DNA of 64,000 nt from Chromera velia (taxonomy: Eukaryota). The notes under the pieces are model-generated. The model searched no databases. It had not been told where the DNA came from and saw only the letters and a program-made list of their open reading frames with translations. A program made the translations under genes and the position numbers. The stretch lies in assembly GCA_018398765.1 (NCBI GenBank), contig JAHBMJ010000245.1:62001-126000 (forward strand), written 5' to 3'. Below, piece by piece: positions 55,748-64,000 of the stretch. How positions within the stretch are numbered: the first letter of the stretch is position 1; every line of letters begins with the position of its first letter.

Positions 55748-58700
55748 ATGGAGCCAACGAAGGAGGAAGTGGAGACCAGACCCCAAGCACCATTGGAGGT
55801 GGCACAGTTCCTTCTACCCAGGCCTATGCCTTTCCAACAGAACATCCAAGGCCACCTTGTGGGCTACAATTTGTACACCCAACAGTCGGTCGCTGCTTTC
55901 CCTCTCCGATTTTCACTCCAGTCTCTTCGTACATTCTTTGCGTTCCTTTTTTCCTCATCAATTTGGGACAGACCATACCCACCTCGGCATTCAGATGAGA
56001 ATCATCCCTCTCAAAGATCATCCCCGTATTTCTTCTGTCTTCTTGCAGATCTGCAGGAGCATGGAGGCAGAACATCGTCTATCAGCAGCCCGAGGCTGTG
56101 GGACCTTCACCACATCCGCCACACCAACCCCCTCCTCACCCGGCTTTCTTCCCTTCCCCCTGGCCCCCTACTCATCACCATTTCATGCCACCCGCATTCA
56201 CTTCCTTCACAGCCAGACTGAGCGAACCACCTCAGCCTCCTGTCTTTCCGGGACCACCGCACTCCCATTTCACCGCCACACATCCAGTCCCAACCCCCGT
56301 CCCTTCAGCAGCTAGGCATCGCGACCAAACGGCAACAGCCGCACCGACACCTGCACGACAGCCGGAACCAAGACAGCGGGAGGGCTATCTCGATCAGATA
56401 CCCACCCCTGCTGCTCTACAAGGTATCGGTGAGATGGCAAGTCCGACAGGTGTGTCTCGTATGGCAAGTCCCCAAAGGTTCCGAGGCGCCTCCCCCCCTC
56501 CCATGGCCCGCTCCCGGCCCGTCCCTGTCCGATCCGAGACCGGGACCGCTCACACGGGACCGCTCCCACAGAGGGCCTCTATCCGTGTCACTCCAGCGCC
56601 AGGGGGGGGAATTGCGGGAGCCCTTTCCCCCCGTATGCACCCAGGAGTGCCCCCCTTCGCCCAAGCCCTCCCCCTCCTTCCCCCTCCCGGAGACGGCAGA
56701 CGCCCAGCACAGGCGTCTCCCCAACTGGGACCCACCCCCCCTCAGATGCCCCCTCCCCCCTTTGCACAACCCCGTTCCCACTTCCCCCCCCCCCTCATGG
56801 GTGGTATGCCAGACAGACGGACGGTCGCCTTCATGCCCCACGAAGGCCGGGGTCTTCTGCCCCCTCCCATGGTCCTGGGCACCCACACACCCCCACTGCC
56901 CCGTCCCATGGGAGGGCCCCCTGCGCCTCTTGCCGGGGCCCCTCCCCCAGGTGCATGGACCCCCATGATGCACGTCCCCCCCGTGCAGCAACCCGTACCT
57001 GCCGGGGACGTCCAACCCGAAGACGCTTCTCCTTTGCACGTGAAGGTCAAGACGGAGGAAGGGCCTGAGTCTGCCGTTGTGCAAAGAAAGGCACTGGTCG
57101 GAAGGAAGAAGGGGAAGCCTTCGAAAGACGAGGTACAACGTGCGAGAGACCAGGAGAAGCCGACTGCTGCGACAGAGGCCGACACACAGGATGATGGAGG
57201 TGCAGTGAGAGGAGGAGGGCCTGTGCCTGAGGCCGGACCCGTGCAGACCTCCAGGTCCCCTCGGAGGTCAAGGGGGCAGAGTGAGAAAGGAAAGGGGGTG
57301 GAGAAACCCAAAAGATCATCCAATCGGTCACCTAGAGTCCACAGGGAGACACAGGGAGTCCAGACAGCAATTGCACGTCTCCTCTCTCCCCGTCTCGACG
57401 AACCACGAAGGCCCACTCCCCCCCGTCGCCCCCCCCACGCCAACCTCTCTTCCCACCCTCCCCTCGAGACTCCCACCAGAGCCGGAGTCCTCCCGGTCCC
57501 CCTATCTCCCGACGGTATCGTCAGAGGTCCAGAGCACATCGATGCAGCCCAAGTCGCTGCAAGAGATGCTCGTCACCTCCATCAGCAACAGCAGGCACAG
57601 CAACAGAGATCAGGAGAACCCCCCCTGACCCCCTCCCTAGTGCATCCAGGAGTCACAGGCACCCCCCACGTGCCGAAAGCGACCCCCTCCATCGAGCCAA
57701 AAAGTGCGGGCGAGTCTCTCATGACCTCGCCTCTTGTACCGGAGAGGGCTGTACAAGGGAGGGGGGGGGAGAGGGAGAGAGTGATGCTGGATGAGGAAGA
57801 GGATGAAGACGAAGACGAGGAAGAGGATGAGGAAGATGAGGAGGGGGAGGATGAGAGCAGTGGGGAGGAGGACGAAGAAGAGGAAGAAGAGTCGGAGGAG
57901 GAGGAAGAAGAGGAATATGAGGAGGGGCAAACCACAAGAAGAAATGAGGAGGCCACAGGGGACGCAGATGCAGAGGATGATGTCCAAGCTCCAGCCACAG
58001 AAGAAGTGATTGACCCCCGTGACCAGAGTCCAGCTGCTGCCGCTGCGGCGGCTGCCGGTGCAACGAGGAATAACGTGGAAGTGTCTTCCCCCCTCTTTGA
58101 CAACCGTCAGCATCAGAGCAGTCTCCTGAGTCTCCAGGCAGAATTGATCCAGGCAGAGGGGGTTCTTGACGAGGAAGAGGAAGAAGAAAGGCGCAAAGAA
58201 CAGAACAGCAACAGCAGCGAAAAATCCGAGTCTTCCCCCTCCATTGTCACAGGAGACACACCCATCCACGCCTCGGGCGATGCAGCTGGAGAGAAGGATG
58301 CAGAGGCAACGCCCCCTTCCCCCCCCCGTATTCTCTACTCTGACTACACCACACCGCAAGCAGAAGCTCAATCCTTTTCCCCGCCTTCGTTCGCAGCCGC
58401 TGCAGCAGCAGGGACGGTAGCAGATCCTTCGGTCGAATCAGCTAGAGAGTCTGAGGAGGTCGAAGCGGAAGAGGGGGGTGAGGAGGAGGAGAAGGAGGGC
58501 CCCGCACAGGACAGGGACGCCCCCGCCGTTCCGGTACCTCCAGAGATGAGCATGGGGACCCGACAGGGCTCCACTCTCTCGGACGCTGCCGCCTGGGTGT
58601 TCATTGACCCCCAGGAGCTCCATACCCTCTCGCCGTCTCCTGCTAAACCGACGGAGACAGAGACGGGCTCTGCGACAGCAGCTGCGGCATCGGGAGAAGA

Positions 58701-58764
58701 TCAGGAGGAAGAGGAAGGCGACAAAGAGGTGCGTGCGCGCAGGAGTCGTACTTGCATACATGTG

Positions 58765-58833
<69 letters not shown>

Positions 58834-59747
58834 GTGATGCTTAATCAGTCTGACTCTGTTTTAAAAGAACGAAGAGAAGGGTGTGCAGAGAACACAGGAC
58901 AGCGAAAGACGAAGAGGAAGAATAAACGGAGGAATCTGTGCTGCCCAGGATCTTACGAACACAGATGAGATGCGCTGTTTTCTGTGTGTCTGCCTTTCTT
59001 TCTTCCTTTCTTCCTTCCTTCCTTTTTCTCTTTTTCTGTTTCTCGCTCTCTTTCTGTCTCTGTTCGCGGCGCCTCTCTCCCTGCCTTTGTGTCTCTCTGT
59101 GTGTCTCTCTGTATCCATGATGTATGTATGTGCGTATGTATGGGCTTGTCTTTGTTCTGTCTGTCTCGACCTTTCTTCTTCTATCTGTGGCTGCAGGAGG
59201 TCCCGTCTCCTCAGAGAGAGCCCGCCCCTTCAGCAGCAGGTGAGGGAGACGCCCCGAAGGAAACTGCACCAGCAGCAGCAGCAGCAGCAACGGCGACGCG
59301 AGGGGGACACGTTGCGGACAGATACCTCCACCACCTGAGTCAAAACAAGTCCAAGGTCAGTCAGCAAATGCGTCCCTTTCTCCCTTCTTCTATCACGCCT
59401 GTCGGTCGGTTTGCCTGTCTGTCTGCTGTCTGCTTGGACGGACACAATAGCGGGAAGAGAGAAAGAGGGAACGCAGAGTCCCCCCTTCGTTCCAGCCCGA
59501 AGTTCCCACTTGGCGTTTGACCACCGGATGCGATGCCGCCTTTGTCTGAACGATTGCGTTTCTCCTACCAGCCCCTTTCTGTCTGCCTGTCTGCCTTTCA
59601 TCTGCTCATTTGTCAAATAACCTGCCTGCTTGTCTTTTTACACGTCTGCAGTCTTCACTGCAAGGTGTGGGCTCTCCGAAAAGTCCTTCCCCGCTCGAGA
59701 AGCTGGAGGTTCCAGAGGGAGCAGAGGAGGGACCGGGGGGGGACTGA
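55748..59747 (+). CDS. Hypothetical Pro-rich/acidic low-complexity protein, ~1,023 aa; exons 55748-55884, 56049-58728, 59197-59355, 59652-59747
   Basis: Long open frame 56049-58728 with Pro-rich, SP/SPR-rich, basic (RKKGKP) and poly-E/D blocks; phase-consistent GT-AG joins; stop TGA at 59745-59747. No folded domain recognised. Confidence 0.7.
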
Positions 59748-60322
59748 GAAATAGATAGAGCTTGGGAGGGGGGGAGGGAGGGAGGAGGAAGGGGCGAAGT
59801 CTCTCCAAGGGAAAGTATTTTAGACTCCAGATATACTTAGACTTAGACACACACACACAGAGGGGGGGGGCATCGAGCGAAGAAGGGTTCTTTCTCTTCT
59901 ACGACCTCGCCCACCCCTGTCGGACTGCCATGACGGATCGATGCATCGGAGTTGTGGTCCTTCTCTTACTTAAGTGGCGTGGCAGCAAGAAGAAGGAAGG
60001 CATGGAGGAAAGAAAAGAAAAGGAGAGATGAGGGCGGGACAGGGATGGACAGGAAGAGCCGACCGAGAACTCTCCAATATTCTTTGACGTTCTGTGTTTG
60101 TCTCTTCCTCCATTGTCCCTCTCCTCTCTTCCCAGTTTCTTTCTGCATGCGCTTCTGCTGGTCCTCTAACCTGTTCTGTTCTGCCCGACACCATGTCTTT
60201 ATTTCTGCATTTTTGTGTCTCTCGTTTCATGATTTCGTGAGTTGACGAGGAGGGAAGACGGAAGCGGAGGAACCATCCGTTCGCAAACATACGTACATAC
60301 ACTCTCTCTCTCACACACACAG

Positions 60323-60375
<53 letters not shown>

Positions 60376-61361
60376 GATGAAGGGAGGCCGGAAGAAATGA
60401 AATCCTTTTAGCAGACGGGAGGGGACTGAAAGAAGAGTTGTGAAGAAGAAACGGGTGCACCTTTTGCTCCTTGTGTTGACGTGCAAATGCCTCCCTCCCC
60501 TGTCGTGTCAGAAGGAAGAAAGACAGGAAAGGAAAAATCTGTTCCTGTCTCTGTCCATGACACTCTCTCTTGTCAACGGTCTCTTTGCCAAATATTTGTC
60601 GGGTTGTTGGAGGAAGGAAAGAAGTAAGGCAGAGAGAAGGCAAAGAGTAGCCAGTAGCTCCTTCTGCCCGTGTCCTGATCAGCCCCCATTAAATAAACTG
60701 CATCTTGCTGAAGGCAAGGAAAGAAGCATCTTAGTCTGTGCCCACTTTCTTTCCATTTGTCTCGAACAAGTGCGCCGTCGCCTCTTTCCCAAAGAAAGAA
60801 GGGGGAGGGGGGACGGCATGCTTTTTGGGTGACCGCACTCACTAAGACGTTTGATGAATACATGGATGTTTGATTCAATTACTTACGTACTTGGTGGGCC
60901 TTCATGGTTTTTCAGTGTTCTTTGTGTCCCTGCGTTGCGTTGTTGTTGTTGTGTGCTGTGTGTTTCTTCTGACCTTCGTGCCGTGTCGTGTTCGATGAGT
61001 GCGCTGGTCGCCCCTTCGCCCTCTTCCCTGCTGATGCATGTGTGGTCTCTTCACCCGGATGGGCAATGAAAGTGGGAGAAGGGGGCTGTGCCCGATCCAA
61101 CTAGACAACCATATAGACGTGCAGATCAAAATTGATCGATCGATAGATCTGCGTCACAGAGGGCTTGCTTGCATGGGGTGACTGCCTAGTCTTCCTTCGA
61201 TCGCTGCCTGCTGTGTTGTTTCTTGGATCAGTGTTCATGAGCGTGTGTACTTGTGGAGAGAGAAAAGAGGAGGGACCATCGACTCATCCCGCTTTTTGTT
61301 TCTTTTGTTGATTGCGTCAGGCCTGCTTTTCTCTCCTCTTTCTTTCAAGGTGAACGAATGT

Positions 61362-61459
61362 CCTTTGTTGTACATGCGATGCCTTGCATGCATGCGTCTT
61401 TCTTTCTTGCCCTTTGTTGTACATGCGATGCCTTGCATGCATGCGTCTTTCTTTCTTGC
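61362..61459. repeat. Perfect 49-bp tandem duplication containing TGCATGCATGC
   Basis: CCTTTGTTGTACATGCGATGCCTTGCATGCATGCGTCTTTCTTTCTTGC occurs twice in a row. Confidence 0.9.
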
Positions 61460-62390
61460 CACCACTGCTCACTGTCGTTGTGAATGCATGGATCAGTTCT
61501 CAAATGAATGAGGGCACATATGTTTCCGGGAAGAACCAAATCGGTTTCTCCCTTCTTTTTTCGCGCACACACTAAATCCTTTTTGTGTCTGCATTCACGG
61601 AGAGCCGGACGGGAAGAATGCTTCTCTTGCTCATTTTTATTCGTTTCTTTCTTCTTCGGCCGTCGACCCACCTGTCGCTTTCAGCGCTTCCTCTCTGTCC
61701 CTTCCTTCCCCCCTCTAACTCTCCCTTGTGAGGTCCGGCAGTCGGGCTCTGTTCTGTTCGTGCTCATGGCCTGCTCCATTGGGGGGCTTGGAACTTGTAC
61801 AGGCAATTAATTGAAAAAGAAATCGGAGGGGAAGCAATCGAGTGAAAGACTGTGGGCAGTACCCACCTCGAGGGTGATCGAAAGACTGATAAGAGGCGGC
61901 AGAACGAACATGGGTCGAAGTACAGGAAAGAAGCAGGTGGTCATAATGGAGAAAAGACGGTGCCTGACAATCAATATGTGTATGGCGATGTGTCAGAAAA
62001 ATCATAGAAGGAATTAAGAGAAGGGAAGCACGAGGATGACATTTGGCGACACATGCCAATTCTATTGGTGTGATTTGTAAAGTTCTTTTTATATAACGGT
62101 CCGACCGCGGACTTTACACGTTATCTAGCATATTGTAGTTGACATTTTAATTTTTTTTTTAAAAAAACAAGATTTTAAACCTTCAAAAAGAAAAAATAAC
62201 AACTGACATATTAAAAAATTATTAACTGTTATACACATTAATTTGTTTTTGAATCTTTTTAAATGTTTTTTAAATTAATAGAAAATTAACCTAGCTTCTA
62301 ATAGATTTTTAAAATATTTTTTTGATCGATCCTAAAGTTATGTTTCGGAGTTTATATTCTTACGTGTACGTCGATGTGGTTAAACCCTTT

Positions 62391-63286
62391 CTGTCAGTGA
62401 TAAGTGATTTATTAGTGCCCTAGAGCACTGTTTATATATGTTCCGTGGCTCCTTTTCACGAGAATCTACCAGAGTATTTCTTTCTCATTCTTGGAAAAAC
62501 CTAGGGAAAAACCTTTTCAACTTAATATTTTTGCACTGATTTTACTGTATATTAAATTTTGTAATTAAGTACTCGTACGTAAGCCAAAAACTCAGACGCC
62601 ATAAATATAAGTTCTAATAAGTTCAACACTCGTCCTGGTACAAATTTAAGCTACAAAATGGCCAAACCTAACGGGCCATCGAGTATATGCATCATCATCA
62701 TCATTGTCAAAGTAGAATTTTAGTATAGGAATGCTACGGTGATCTAGCTAGTGATCTAGATTCTGATAAATTGTAAAAAATTTTAGAAAAATTTTTTTGG
62801 ATTCAATCATACTTAGCTAGGATTGAGATTAGGATTAGGATTTGTGTTCGGAGGATTGGCCTCCTGCCCCAATGCCGAATGTCCAACGTGCAGCTTCCAA
62901 GGAAAGTGCCTAGATACATCGGACCTCCTTGGCCGGCCCGCACAGGTCTAGCCTGTGCCGCAAATGGTTTACAATTGAAGAAAAAGCACACGCGGCATGA
63001 TTTTTTCTTTAGCTGAATGACTTTCTGGTTTCAATCTGAGGTCATCTGACAGAGGGGCAAAAGGCTTCTAAAAGCAAAATGACTTTTAGTGCTGAAACGT
63101 AACAGAGAAAGGGAGAGAAAGAATGGAGAGAAGAGATTAAGACCAGGTGAGAGAGAGAACACGTTTATTTCACATTTTTCAGAGTAACCAAGAACGTTTC
63201 TTTTCCCGATAAGACTTAATATTGTTGTAATTCGCTCAGCTGTCAAGTGATAAGTGATCATTTAGTGGTGCCCTAGAGCACTGTTG
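62391..63286. repeat. Pair of ~45-bp imperfect direct repeats (62391-62432 and 63240-63285)
   Basis: CTGTCA(A)GTGATAAGTGAT..TTAGT(GGT)GCCCTAGAGCACTGTT present at both positions. Confidence 0.7.
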
Positions 63287-63390
63287 CCGTTTTACCTTAT
63301 AGAGGTCGCCCCCGCAAACGACAGGGGGGTGTGCCTCACTCCTGAGGCTCAGACGACACCCCATAGCCCGCCTGGTTTCCCAAGCCACGA

Positions 63391-64000
63391 TCAATTAACT
63401 AACAACTGTTCTGAACCTTGCATGTTTTGGGCCGCTGACTGAGAGGGGACCATTCCAAAGATAATACCAATGACACCAGACGATGGGGCATTTTGGCTTT
63501 GTATGTATGCTTCCTGCATCCTTCTTTCTGCTTTGTTCTCTCCTTCCACTCTTATCTCCCTTCCCTTTTCCATTGCTTCCAGAATCCTCTTGTATTCTTC
63601 TTTTTTTCTTTTGTCTCCTCCCCTTCTCTTTATGATTACTCCATACCTTTATGCCAGAACCGTCTCATCCAGTGAGCTCCCTGGTGCGTACCTTCCTGGG
63701 CTCTCCTTAAAAACTTTTCTGCGGAATGCAGCTGCCTTCCCGAGAAACCCATCTATCGCGGGATGTTGTTCATTCATCAGAAAAGCAAACAGAGTGTCCG
63801 TCTGAGGGGCTCTCCTCTCCCTTCCCTCTTTCTTTCTATAGATTTCTCTTGCTTTCTTTTCTCTCTTCTCGTTCCAGTCTCTTTGCAACCCTTCATACAT
63901 TCTTACTGTCTTTTGGTCATATACTGGGCATTCTGTCAACATATAGATCTCATCCTCCAGCACCTCTATATCCATCTATCTTTTATAGAACGGGCATAGT
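63391..64000 (-). mobile_element. 3' remnant of a non-LTR retrotransposon (LINE) ORF2, degenerate; continues off the right edge
   Basis: LCPFYKR*MDIEVLEDEIYMLTECPVYD resembles the C-terminal CxxC...EDExH.L..CP.Y zinc knuckle of LINE ORF2, with C->Y, H->Y and a TAG stop. Confidence 0.55.

Noticed and set aside
59750..62050. Many short ORFs downstream of the Pro-rich gene
   Set aside because: Low-complexity UTR/intergenic-like sequence; no coherent exon chain or motifs found.
1..64000. tRNA, rRNA or snRNA genes
   Set aside because: No cloverleaf or conserved rRNA/snRNA motifs recognised by eye; tRNAscan-SE or Infernal would be needed to exclude them.

Overview
Eukaryotic, intron-rich, microsatellite-rich genomic DNA. 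The GT..(Y)AG introns, frequent TGCATGCA motifs and gene content suggest an alveolate, most likely a chromerid such as Chromera (inference). Manual splicing with phase checks gives six intact genes: a 10-exon bacterial-type class I fructose-1,6-bisphosphatase (7243-11368,+); an intronless AIDA homologue (17558-18487,+); a giant 28-exon, ~5,870-aa single-pass membrane protein with bacterial-like Ig/Calx-beta modules, ~2,800 aa of GCC2/GCC3-type Cys repeats and a ~1,850-aa coiled-coil tail (48304-20240,-); a small intronless HIT-like protein (48917-49339,+); an ankyrin + HET/TIR-like + LRR protein (~54527-51436,-); and a Pro-rich/acidic disordered protein (55748-59747,+). Non-genic content includes a decayed DDE-transposase element, an 8-bp-TSD insertion, a TA-flanked MITE, a LINE remnant, a spliced pseudogene and many simple repeats. 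Repeat-derived DNA shows strongly biased C:G->T:A (often CpA/TpG->TpA) changes reminiscent of RIP, and AT/TpA-rich islands sit at convergent gene ends. All domain calls are from motif recognition, not database searches.
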